From Acaryochloris marina MBIC11017 (lineage in GTDB: Bacteria > Cyanobacteriota > Cyanobacteriia > Thermosynechococcales > Thermosynechococcaceae): a DNA stretch of 32,000 nucleotides. Under the pieces are notes generated by a model, which saw only the letters and a list, made by a program, of their open reading frames with translations, made no database searches and had not been told where the DNA came from. Shown here piece by piece: positions 8,236-16,511 of the stretch. The stretch spans positions 2,670,001-2,702,000 of the forward strand of contig NC_009925.1 of the NCBI RefSeq assembly GCF_000018105.1, written 5' to 3'. Numbering within the stretch: position 1 is the first letter of the stretch; the number at the start of each line of letters is the position of its first letter. The position numbers and the translations under genes were made by a program.

Positions 8236-9642
8236 GTGATTACTCTAACGCTCTTACATCCTGTCCAATCCACTCCCGTTCAAAGTTGGAGCTTTGAGCA
8301 AGATCCCGTCATCCGAATTGGTCGAGCGGTAGACAACCATGTTGTCTTGTATAGCGCCGTTGTCTCCCGCTATCATGTCGAACTGCGACAAACCGGAGCC
8401 CAATGGGAAGTCGTGAATATTGGCACCAACGGTACCTATCTAGATGGCAAACGGGTCCATCAAGCTCCTCTAGCTGATGGCAACATCATGCGACTCGCAC
8501 GATCGGGACCTAATATTCAAATTCACATTGATGGAAGTGGTGCGGTAAGCGAACAGTACAATCACCCTGAAGTCACTGCAGCCCCTAGTTCAGCAAAGAT
8601 ACAATCTCAAGTTTCAGTAGAGGAGTCTGCCGAAGCTGTTGCCGTATCACCCAGCTCGGAGCCACCCGCTCAAAGCGCCGATCAAAAATTTCAAGTGACG
8701 GGGCAAACCTCTTTTCCTAAACATCCTCAAGATGAGCAGCGTCGCTTTCAGTATCCCTGCACGAATGACGGATCACAGCCCGCTGGCAGCTGTCAAAACT
8801 CACCTGCGAACAAAGGATCGTTAGTTTGCACCGATTGTGGTTTACCGCTCAAAGTCTGGCGGCAAATCGGCCAGTACCATATTCTTAAACCGCTAGGGAC
8901 CGGGGATAATACGTTTATTGCCTGGCGAGATGGTCACATGGTGGTTCTCAAAACCCTCCAGCAAGAGTGGCTTGACCATGAAGATGCGTTGATCGCCTTC
9001 CAAGACCAGGCAGCCCAGCTCTGTCAGATCAGTCACCCAGGAATTCCCAAAATCTACGAAGCCTTTGAAGTAGACGGACACCCCTATCTCGTCAGCGAGA
9101 TGATTTATGGGCAAAATCTCAAGCAATGGGTGGCAGAGCGAGGCCCCCTCTCTCAGGAACAGACCATTTTATGGATTTCAGATATTTGTGAGGTTTTAGA
9201 CTATCTACATCAACAGACCCCGGCGATTATTCACCGCAATCTTAAGCCTGCCAATCTTTTACGTCCTACCATTCCCCATGGTTTCAAAGAAGTGGTCTTA
9301 GTAAATTTTGGCGAGATGCAGCTGCTCAGCCCCGAAGCTGGCACATTTATTGGCTCTGTGGGCTACACAGCACCCGAGTTACAGGCAGGCAAAGCTGCCC
9401 CAGCCTCAGATCTCTATGCCCTGGGGGCAACTTTGGTCTATATTTTGACCGGGCAAGAACCCGACGCCTTTTATCGATTGGGAGATGAAGAATTCCGCCT
9501 GCATGTCGAAGATGTGCCTCGCCTGAGTCCAGAAATGGCAGATGTGATTCAACGCCTGACCCATCCGCAACCCCAAAAGCGATATTCCTCGGCGTCCCAA
9601 GTCGCTGAAGCGATGAGAGAATTGCTACCCGCATCCATTTGA
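8236..9642 (+). CDS. FHA domain protein fused to a degenerate Ser/Thr protein-kinase-like domain (predicted pseudokinase)
   Basis: N-terminal FHA (IRIGRAVDNHVVL...VSRYHVELRQ...NIGTNGTYLDG). The C-terminal Hanks-type kinase fold has LGTGDNTF, VVLKTL and YTAPE, but reads HRN in place of HRD and NFG in place of DFG. GTG start lies 4 nt after the upstream stop. Confidence 0.85.
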   Translation: MITLTLLHPVQSTPVQSWSFEQDPVIRIGRAVDNHVVLYSAVVSRYHVELRQTGAQWEVVNIGTNGTYLDGKRVHQAPLADGNIMRLARSGPNIQIHIDGSGAVSEQYNHPEVTAAPSSAKIQSQVSVEESAEAVAVSPSSEPPAQSADQKFQVTGQTSFPKHPQDEQRRFQYPCTNDGSQPAGSCQNSPANKGSLVCTDCGLPLKVWRQIGQYHILKPLGTGDNTFIAWRDGHMVVLKTLQQEWLDHEDALIAFQDQAAQLCQISHPGIPKIYEAFEVDGHPYLVSEMIYGQNLKQWVAERGPLSQEQTILWISDICEVLDYLHQQTPAIIHRNLKPANLLRPTIPHGFKEVVLVNFGEMQLLSPEAGTFIGSVGYTAPELQAGKAAPASDLYALGATLVYILTGQEPDAFYRLGDEEFRLHVEDVPRLSPEMADVIQRLTHPQPQKRYSSASQVAEAMRELLPASI

Positions 9643-9754
9643 TTTAGAGCCAGCTGTCCCTCTACGATATCAGCAGAAATGTGACATCAGCTTCTAGGGT
9701 TGAACTCCAGCGCCTAGGAGTAATGATGGTTGTTTTAAACTCTCCCTGCGGACA

Positions 9755-10705
9755 TTGCTACTCCCCTCCAACAATCCCTGGACCTCTAGATTACGACAGC
9801 TCGGCATTCGGCTGGCCCAAGGTTTAGTGGCTTGCACCCTCTTGGTCTATTCAGGGATCTGTATCTTCTTTTTTGTGCGGCAAGAAGCACTACTTTACGA
9901 TTCTAAGCTAACTCTGGAAACGGTACCCAGCGATCAACCCTTTCAACTACCGTTCCAAACTGTCAAAATCCCCGTGGGGTCAAGCTCTGAGCACCTAAAT
10001 AGTTGGTGGGTACCTGCCCCTCAATCCTCCGAAGACACCATTGCTCTACCCGAAGAACCTCACGATATCCTGACTGAACCGAAAGTGATTCTGTATTTCA
10101 ACGGACGGGCAGGCAATAAGGGGTCTCGAAGTCACTTAGAACGCGTCAAAGGTTTCCGTCAGCTGGGCTTTTCTGTCTTGCTCGTTGATTATCGGGGCTA
10201 TGGGAATAGCTCACCTCGCCAACCTAGTGAGGCCAGCTTGTACGAAGATAGCCAAGCCGCCTGGCGCTATCTGACTCAAACACGGAGGATGGCTGCCCAC
10301 CAAATTGTGATTTATGGCGAATCCTTAGGTGGAGCCGTCGCCCTCGATTTAGCGGTTAAGCAGCCCAATGCAGCGGGCGTTATTGTCCAAAGTTCTTTTA
10401 CGACGCTACCCGCAGCAGCGAGGGAGATGGACTGGTTTCGATACCTTCCTGTGGATTGGATTCTGACCCAACGATTTAATTCCCTAGCTAAGGTGCGGTC
10501 TTTGAAAACCCCCGTCCTTTTCCTCCATGGCACCGCAGATCAGATTGTGCCGGTATGGATGAGTCATAGGCTTTATCAGGCAGTGCCCTCAGAGACCCCT
10601 AAAGAATTAGTGATAGTGCCCGATGCTAGCCATTTCCGTATTTATCGTCCAGGTCAGCATTCTTATCTGAAAGCCATACAGCGCTTGGTAACCAAGATGC
10701 AATAA
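9755..10705 (+). CDS. membrane-anchored alpha/beta hydrolase (BEM46/ABHD-like)
   Basis: 316-aa ORF with an N-terminal TM helix (GLVACTLLVYSGICIFFFV) and nucleophile elbow GESLGG. Candidate acid (HGTADQIVP) and His (PDASHF) residues are present. Only a TTG (9755) or CTG (9746) start is available in frame. Confidence 0.8.
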   Translation: MLLPSNNPWTSRLRQLGIRLAQGLVACTLLVYSGICIFFFVRQEALLYDSKLTLETVPSDQPFQLPFQTVKIPVGSSSEHLNSWWVPAPQSSEDTIALPEEPHDILTEPKVILYFNGRAGNKGSRSHLERVKGFRQLGFSVLLVDYRGYGNSSPRQPSEASLYEDSQAAWRYLTQTRRMAAHQIVIYGESLGGAVALDLAVKQPNAAGVIVQSSFTTLPAAAREMDWFRYLPVDWILTQRFNSLAKVRSLKTPVLFLHGTADQIVPVWMSHRLYQAVPSETPKELVIVPDASHFRIYRPGQHSYLKAIQRLVTKMQ

Positions 10706-10765
10706 CGCTACTTCCCTCTCCATTGATGGGCCTTGAGCTGAGTACTGAACTTCGTGCTGAACTCA

Positions 10766-11470
10766 TCAAGACTGAGAAAGCTGTCTCATAGTGGTCTGCA
10801 CCTTGGTACTGATTTGTAAAGCTGCTTGAATCACATCTTGATAGTCCTGGGCTTGATCCTGTAACTCTAAACCTTTCAGGGTGATCAAAGCTTGATCCAA
10901 ATCCAGTAGAGCTTGATTCCGGTGAATCAGTCGTTGATGCTGGCGAATCAGCCGTTCTAGATTTAATGCCGTGACTAAACTGGTGCGACTGGTATGTAAG
11001 ACGTCCAAAATGAGCGTGTGATCGGCAGTCAGAGCTGAGGGATTCGCCTGAGTCAGACCGGCCAACAGGATGACCGTCTCCACGAGCTGATTATATTGGT
11101 CAATATCATCCAGTAACTGCAACAGAGGGCGTAAGGTTTGCGTTCGATGCCAGAGATAGAGATGCCAGCTGGCAAACATCAGCCCCGTTGCTGTTCCTGT
11201 AACCTGAAGAAATCGGTGGGGGTGGGCCGTATCCCGTAATGGGATCAGACCAACGGGCACCGACAACATACCGAGCAAGGCCAAAGCAATCATTTCTACC
11301 CCCAAGACTCGCAGCCAATGTTGGGGTTGACGCCAAACCGATAGGCGGTAAACGCCTCCCCATAAGCTGCCGACCCAAAAGGAAGTGGTGGTAAAAGCCG
11401 TTTGGGCTTCAAGATCATCGGTGGTCAAGCGTAGGGCTTGTAGGTTATCTAAGTTGCGGATACCGGTCAT
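10766..11470 (-). CDS. hypothetical membrane protein with helical (coiled-coil-like) C-terminal half
   Basis: Long ORF. I use the start at ATG 11470 (MTGIRNLDNLQ...) because it avoids overlap with the upstream gene, which ends at 11482. It has 2-3 hydrophobic segments and then a Leu/Gln-rich helical region. I recognise no family. Confidence 0.6.
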   Translation of the reverse strand: MTGIRNLDNLQALRLTTDDLEAQTAFTTTSFWVGSLWGGVYRLSVWRQPQHWLRVLGVEMIALALLGMLSVPVGLIPLRDTAHPHRFLQVTGTATGLMFASWHLYLWHRTQTLRPLLQLLDDIDQYNQLVETVILLAGLTQANPSALTADHTLILDVLHTSRTSLVTALNLERLIRQHQRLIHRNQALLDLDQALITLKGLELQDQAQDYQDVIQAALQISTKVQTTMRQLSQS

Positions 11471-11481
11471 GCGCTTTAGCC

Positions 11482-12162
11482 CTACATCAGATTTGCGATC
11501 GCATCTAGAACCCCTGTCCAAAAATTCCCTTCCCGAGGGCGAAACAGCTCAAAAGCACCCGGTGAACCAAAGAAGGGGCGCAAGGTCCAACCCAACTGAC
11601 TACCGACAAACCCGTAGAGCCCCAACCAAAACCGGAGTACCGTAGACCGAAGCTGGACGTTGGTATCTGTCTCTGATTGGGCAACGGGACGCATGGCCTG
11701 ATAGAGGAACGACACCCCAAACATCCCTGTCATCGCAAAAATCACCACGTTGAGTAACAGGTAAAAGGAATAATCCTGTACAGGAGAAATGGTGATCACG
11801 AAAAACAACGTAATCGGAGCAAAACCCACGAGCAGCAGGGCAATGACAGCAGCCGCACTCAAGACATAGGTGAAATGCTGAGCAATAGTTTGGCGAGAGC
11901 CAAACAGGGCATTAAACACATACAGGGCAGGCAAACAAACCAGTAAGGTAATCAGATAGAGGGTGGGCAATTTGAGGCCCGAAGACAAGGCCTGTAGCGG
12001 ACTATGAAAGGAGCCGACAATAGCTCCATAGGTGGCGAAACTGCAAAAGCTACAGATCAGTAGGGCAGAAATTTTGACCGATAATCGCTTTCCCTCGTGA
12101 ATTTCTTGGAGAAAGGTTTGTCGGTCTTTGAGGAGAGCAATAAAAATAGCAACAGCATTCAT
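11482..12162 (-). CDS. hypothetical multi-pass integral membrane protein (Yip1-like topology)
   Basis: About 5 hydrophobic helices (LLICSFCSFATYGAIVG, LYLITLLVCLPALYVF, VIALLLVGFAPITLFFVI, LLLNVVIFAMTGMFGVSFL, LRFWLGLYGFVGSQLGW). ATG at 12162, with an alternative GTG at 12189. The family call is tentative. Confidence 0.7.
   Translation of the reverse strand: MNAVAIFIALLKDRQTFLQEIHEGKRLSVKISALLICSFCSFATYGAIVGSFHSPLQALSSGLKLPTLYLITLLVCLPALYVFNALFGSRQTIAQHFTYVLSAAAVIALLLVGFAPITLFFVITISPVQDYSFYLLLNVVIFAMTGMFGVSFLYQAMRPVAQSETDTNVQLRSTVLRFWLGLYGFVGSQLGWTLRPFFGSPGAFELFRPREGNFWTGVLDAIANLM
11495..11502. repeat. HIP1 octamer GCGATCGC
   Basis: Exact match read from the sequence. Confidence 0.9.
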
Positions 12163-12218
12163 AGACGAGGGCGGCGAGAAATTAAGCACAGCCTAGCTTT
12201 GCCCATCTGGTCCTGTCA

Positions 12219-12264
12219 GTCGGCTGAAGTCGGGAGTTCTGAAGAAAAAGTCGGGTCAGGTCGG
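12219..12264. promoter_or_regulatory. four phased GTCGG (CCGAC on minus strand) pentamers in the intergenic region upstream of the membrane-protein gene
   Basis: GTCGG starts at 12219, 12229, 12250 and 12260, giving spacings of 10, 21 and 10 bp. The 8-mer AAGTCGGG occurs twice (12227..12234 and 12248..12255). The function is inferred only. Confidence 0.3.
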
Positions 12265-12281
12265 TTCAATCACTCCGGCTT

Positions 12282-13580
12282 TTATCTCATATGGTCTTCC
12301 AGACTCAGAATTACCGTCTCTAAGTACCACTCCTCTGAGCGCCCCGGATATTGAAATTTCGTGCTCCGAACCATCCCTTTCGCTAACTCTTGGTTTCCTC
12401 CCAATAAGTCCAATAACCGCTGCCACAAGCGCTCATAGGTCGTTTGTGGTGGTTGAGGTGGCGGAGCCTGAACATTTGTCTGGGTAGGAGGTTTCAGCTG
12501 ATTGAGTTGGGCGAGAACCTGCTGATAGTTGAACCATTCTTCTTGGGCACAGAACAGGCTAATGGCCCGCTGGTAATCGGCAATGGCTTGGGGATTTTCC
12601 TTCATCCCCGCATAGGTAAGGCCGCGCTGAAAAAAGGCATCGGCGTTATTTCCATTCAAACGTAAGGCTTCCGCATAGTCTTCGATTGCTCCTAAATGAT
12701 GGCCGATGGCTCGGTAGGCATTGCCTCGTGCCACATAGGCATCACTATCTTCAGAAGACAAGAATAAGGCTTGATTACAGTCTGCAATCGCCCCCTGGGG
12801 ATCCTTGAGGTTTAAGCGAGCTTTGCTCCGCCCACGATAGGTAATCGGATCCTCAAATTTAAGGGTAAGGGCTTGATTAAAATCGGCCATGGCAGCCTGA
12901 TAATTGCCCTGCTTGCAATAGACTAATCCCCGGCAGCAATAGGCTTTGCCGTCCTGAGGATCGGCCTGCAAGACCCAATTAATATCCGAGAGGGCCTGAC
13001 TGAGCTGGCCGATTTTGGCCCGATCGAGGATTTGCGTAAAGTAATCTTTTTCTGATAGGGCAGGGGGCGGTGCGTTGGGTGCCTTTGTGATTGGAGCGCG
13101 AGCATTGGGCGTTTTGGGTCGGATTTCCTCAATCTTGTCAATGCATTGACGGGCTCCATCTGCATCTTTTTGATCGAGATAGAGTCCTGAAGCTACCTTA
13201 AAATCAGCGATTGCTGCTTGGATATCCCCTTGCTTGCGATGGACAATGGCTCGCAATTTATAAGCTGCAGCATAGGTACGATCGCACCCAATCGCCAGTT
13301 CAATATCAGCCATCGTTCCTGGGATATTTTTTAAGGAGAGTCGGGCTAAGGCTCGACAGTAATAGGCTTTGGCCGATTTAGAGTCAATTTCTAGGGCCTT
13401 ACCGTAGTCTTCAATCGCGGCATAGACGTTACCAGAATCATAGTAGGCCAACCCCCGTTGACAATAGGCACCGATGGAAAAGGGATCGGCGTCCAGAACT
13501 TGGGTGAAGGTTGCGATCGCATCTGCATATTGCTTTTGCCGCAGCTGCGCTTGGCCTTGTTGAAATAACGGGGCACTCAT
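12282..13580 (-). CDS. tetratricopeptide (TPR) repeat protein
   Basis: Many consecutive 34-aa TPR units (A..Y..RG.AY...G....AI.DY..AL), a Pro-rich spacer (PKTPNARAPITKAPNAPPP) and a non-TPR C-terminal tail. ATG at 13580, with GTG at 13586 also possible. Confidence 0.85.
   Translation of the reverse strand: MSAPLFQQGQAQLRQKQYADAIATFTQVLDADPFSIGAYCQRGLAYYDSGNVYAAIEDYGKALEIDSKSAKAYYCRALARLSLKNIPGTMADIELAIGCDRTYAAAYKLRAIVHRKQGDIQAAIADFKVASGLYLDQKDADGARQCIDKIEEIRPKTPNARAPITKAPNAPPPALSEKDYFTQILDRAKIGQLSQALSDINWVLQADPQDGKAYCCRGLVYCKQGNYQAAMADFNQALTLKFEDPITYRGRSKARLNLKDPQGAIADCNQALFLSSEDSDAYVARGNAYRAIGHHLGAIEDYAEALRLNGNNADAFFQRGLTYAGMKENPQAIADYQRAISLFCAQEEWFNYQQVLAQLNQLKPPTQTNVQAPPPQPPQTTYERLWQRLLDLLGGNQELAKGMVRSTKFQYPGRSEEWYLETVILSLEDHMR
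13513..13520. repeat. HIP1 octamer GCGATCGC
   Basis: Exact match read from the sequence. Confidence 0.9.
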
Positions 13581-13775
13581 GGGCACTCTGATGGTGGTGC
13601 AGATCTAAAACCAACAGGCTATCCCTGCTGGATAAGATCAATATCCTAACCAATACTCTCATTGCCTGAGAAGGACCTACTGATGCTGGCCGATTCTTAC
13701 GGGCAGAAATATACCAATACGCTGACAGGGAACGTCCCAATCTACCCTAAGTTCGGTTTTTACTTCCAGAGATCC

Positions 13776-13805
13776 TTACAACTTTACGTCAAGATACTTT
13801 ACAAT
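13776..13805 (+). promoter_or_regulatory. candidate sigma70-type promoter upstream of the EF-G gene
   Basis: TTACAA (13776..13781), an 18-nt spacer, then TACAAT (13800..13805). This is pattern match only, and the position implies a ~150-nt leader. Confidence 0.25.
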
Positions 13806-13961
13806 CAGCAATACTGCCCTGGGCATAATTAACAAAGACTTTAGAATTTAAATTACGACGTTTTAAAGCGCCCACCCCTGCTACACGGGCAATCTAACAG
13901 TCTTACGTCCACCCCTTGGTGGTTTGTCAACGTTTGTAGCACTATCCCTTAGAGAAGAAAG

Positions 13962-16049
13962 ATGAAAGACCTCACCCGCTATCGCAACATTGGTATCTTT
14001 GCCCACGTAGATGCCGGTAAAACTACAACAACCGAAAGAATTTTGAAGTTAACCGGTAAAATCCACAAGATTGGTGAAGTGCACGAAGGTGAGGCCACCA
14101 CTGACTTTATGGAGCAGGAACAAGAACGGGGCATCACCATTCAGTCTGCTGCCACCTCCTGTGAGTGGAAAGACCATCAACTCAATATTATTGACACGCC
14201 AGGGCACGTTGACTTCACGATTGAGGTGTATCGTTCCCTCAAAGTTTTGGACGGCGGCGTTGGCGTTTTCTGTGGGTCTGGTGGTGTTGAACCTCAATCC
14301 GAAACCAACTGGCGTTATGCCAACGACTCCAAAGTCGCTCGGATTATCTACGTCAACAAACTAGACCGTATGGGCGCTGACTTCTATCGCGTCGTCGACC
14401 AGGTAGATAACATCCTGGCGGCCAAGCCTTTGGTCATGACCCTGCCCATCGGTACCGAAAACGACTTCGTCGGTGTCGTTGATGTATTGACTGAGAAAGC
14501 ATGGGTTTGGGATGATTCCGGCGATCCCATGAACTACGAGATCAAAGATGTCCCCGACGACATGAAAGATGATCTGGCCACTTACCGGGAACAGCTAATT
14601 GAGACCGCTGTTGAGCAAGACGATGACTTGATGGAGCGGTATCTAGAAGGTGAAGAGATCAGTATTGAGAACCTAAAGCGCTGTATTCGCAAGGGAACTC
14701 GTGACCTGGCTTTCTTCCCCACCTATTGTGGTTCCTCCTTTAAGAACAAAGGGGTTCAGCTCGTTCTGGATGCTGTAGTTGACTATCTACCGAACCCGAA
14801 AGAAGTCAATCCTCAACCTGAAATTGACTTAGAAGGGAATGAGACTGGCAACTTTGCCGTAGTTGATCCCAGCAATCCCATGCGGGCATTGGCCTTTAAG
14901 ATTATGGATGACCGCTTTGGTGCTCTCACCTTTACCCGAATCTACTCCGGTACGATTTCCAAAGGCGATACGGTCCTCAATACCGCCACGGGCAAAACTG
15001 AGCGGATTGGCCGTTTGGTAGAGATGCATGCCGACTCTCGGGAAGAAATCACCTCTGCCCAAGCCGGAGATATCGTGGCCATCGTCGGTTTGAAGAATGT
15101 GCAGACGGGACATACCCTCTGCGATCCGAAAGAGCCTGCTACGTTGGAACCGATGGTCTTCCCGGATCCGGTGATCTCGGTTGCGATCGCACCCAAGAAA
15201 AAAGGCACCGATGAGAAGCTGGGCATGGCCCTCAGCAAAATGGTTCAGGAAGATCCCTCTTTCCGTGTCGAAACTGACCAAGATAGTGGAGAAACTATCA
15301 TCAAAGGGATGGGTGAATTGCACCTCGACATTAAAGTCGATATTCTCAAGCGCACCCACGGCATTGAAGTCGAAGTGGGTAAACCCCAAGTGGCTTACCG
15401 AGAGTCGATTACAAAGCGTCTCGAAGATAGCTACACCCACAAGAAACAGTCCGGTGGTTCCGGTCAGTACGGCAAGATCGAGTATGTTCTCGAACCCGGC
15501 GACCCTGGAACAGGATTCGAATTCGAATCGAAAGTCACTGGTGGTAACGTTCCCCGTGAATTCTGGCCTGCGGTGGAGAAGGGCTTTGGCAATAGCCTAG
15601 AGAAAGGTGTGCTGGCGGGCTTCCCCTGCGTTGACATGAAAGTCACTCTGACCGATGGTGCCTACCACCCTGTAGACTCCTCGGCTATTGCCTTTGAAAT
15701 TGCAGCGAAGGCAGCCTATCGTCAGTCGGTTCCTAAGGCCGGTCCTCAGTTGCTAGAGCCGATCATGAAGGTGGATGCCTTTACTCCTGATGATCATGTA
15801 GGTGATGTGATTGGTGACTTGAACCGTCGTCGAGGCATGATCAAGTCCCAGGACTCTAACCCCATGGGTGCCAGAATTAAGGCTGATGTGCCCTTGAGTG
15901 AAATGTTTGGCTATATTGGTGACCTGCGCACCATGACCTCAGGTCGAGGCCAGTTCTCGATGGAGTTCTCTCATTACGCTGCGTGTCCTAACAACGTGGC
16001 AGAAGAGGTGATTAAGGAAGCCAAAGAACGCCAGGAAGCCAAGGCATAA
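13962..16049 (+). CDS. fusA: elongation factor G (stand-alone paralogue, EF-G2-like)
   Basis: 695-aa ORF with G1 [16 protein letters not shown]3 DTPGHVDF and G4 NKLD, plus domains II-V throughout. A purine-rich AGAGAAGAAAG lies directly upstream of the ATG. No rpsL/rpsG/tufA lies next to it. Confidence 0.95.
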   Translation: MKDLTRYRNIGIFAHVDAGKTTTTERILKLTGKIHKIGEVHEGEATTDFMEQEQERGITIQSAATSCEWKDHQLNIIDTPGHVDFTIEVYRSLKVLDGGVGVFCGSGGVEPQSETNWRYANDSKVARIIYVNKLDRMGADFYRVVDQVDNILAAKPLVMTLPIGTENDFVGVVDVLTEKAWVWDDSGDPMNYEIKDVPDDMKDDLATYREQLIETAVEQDDDLMERYLEGEEISIENLKRCIRKGTRDLAFFPTYCGSSFKNKGVQLVLDAVVDYLPNPKEVNPQPEIDLEGNETGNFAVVDPSNPMRALAFKIMDDRFGALTFTRIYSGTISKGDTVLNTATGKTERIGRLVEMHADSREEITSAQAGDIVAIVGLKNVQTGHTLCDPKEPATLEPMVFPDPVISVAIAPKKKGTDEKLGMALSKMVQEDPSFRVETDQDSGETIIKGMGELHLDIKVDILKRTHGIEVEVGKPQVAYRESITKRLEDSYTHKKQSGGSGQYGKIEYVLEPGDPGTGFEFESKVTGGNVPREFWPAVEKGFGNSLEKGVLAGFPCVDMKVTLTDGAYHPVDSSAIAFEIAAKAAYRQSVPKAGPQLLEPIMKVDAFTPDDHVGDVIGDLNRRRGMIKSQDSNPMGARIKADVPLSEMFGYIGDLRTMTSGRGQFSMEFSHYAACPNNVAEEVIKEAKERQEAKA
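15183..15190. repeat. HIP1 octamer GCGATCGC
   Basis: Exact match read from the sequence. Confidence 0.9.
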
Positions 16050-16077
16050 CTCAGCGGTCTTCAATAAACAGCAAGCG

Positions 16078-16116
16078 AACGGCGCATTCTCCAAAGGGGT
16101 GTGCCGTTTGTTAGTT
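16078..16116 (+). terminator. candidate intrinsic terminator after the EF-G gene
   Basis: AACGGCGCA (16078..16086) pairs with TGTGCCGTT (16100..16108), giving 9 bp with one G-U. A T-rich TGTTAGTT follows. The loop is long, so confidence is moderate. Confidence 0.45.
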
Positions 16117-16247
16117 GAGTTAGGAAATACTTTATGCGCTGCCTCTTACCAATGGGGAGATCGATAAGTGAAGAACTTCAGTTGGGTTTAGAGCTAGTTT
16201 TGAGAGTAGGATAATAACCTATGTCTGGTGACCTTCAACATTAGACA

Positions 16248-16463
16248 ATGAGCAAAGAAAGCAGCGGTCAGGCTTTGATTGCCGCAATTCAGCAAAGGAA
16301 TTGCAATCAGGTTTGTATTTTGTTGGATGCTGGATTCTCTCCTGATACCTGGGATGACTTCAATATTCCTGGCTTAGTGATTGCAGCTCAGAAGGGTTAC
16401 ACCGACATTGTGGAGATTTTATTGGCCGCTGGAGCCAATTTCGCTACTCCAGGGATCGCATAA
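16248..16463 (+). CDS. ankyrin-repeat protein, N-terminal fragment (interrupted gene)
   Basis: 71-aa ORF with two ANK units (...GLVIAAQKGYTDIVEILLAAGANF). It ends at TAA 16461..16463. It is in the same frame as the 16512..17564 ORF, with no other stop between them. Confidence 0.6.
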   Translation: MSKESSGQALIAAIQQRNCNQVCILLDAGFSPDTWDDFNIPGLVIAAQKGYTDIVEILLAAGANFATPGIA

Positions 16464-16511
16464 CCACAAGATTACAAGGGTGAATTTGGAGGTTTTCGCG
16501 CATCAGGACCA

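Noticed and set aside
13438-13832. 100-aa minus ORF (13438..13740) and a 49-codon Tyr-rich plus ORF (13683..13832) in the TPR / EF-G intergenic region
   Set aside because: The first mostly overlaps the TPR gene out of frame. The second has no motif or RBS and overlaps the candidate promoter. Neither is supportable as a gene.
14829-15440. 203-aa minus-strand ORF inside the EF-G gene, together with the other short ORFs at 14049..15646
   Set aside because: They are antisense or off-frame shadows of a highly conserved gene, with low-complexity translations.
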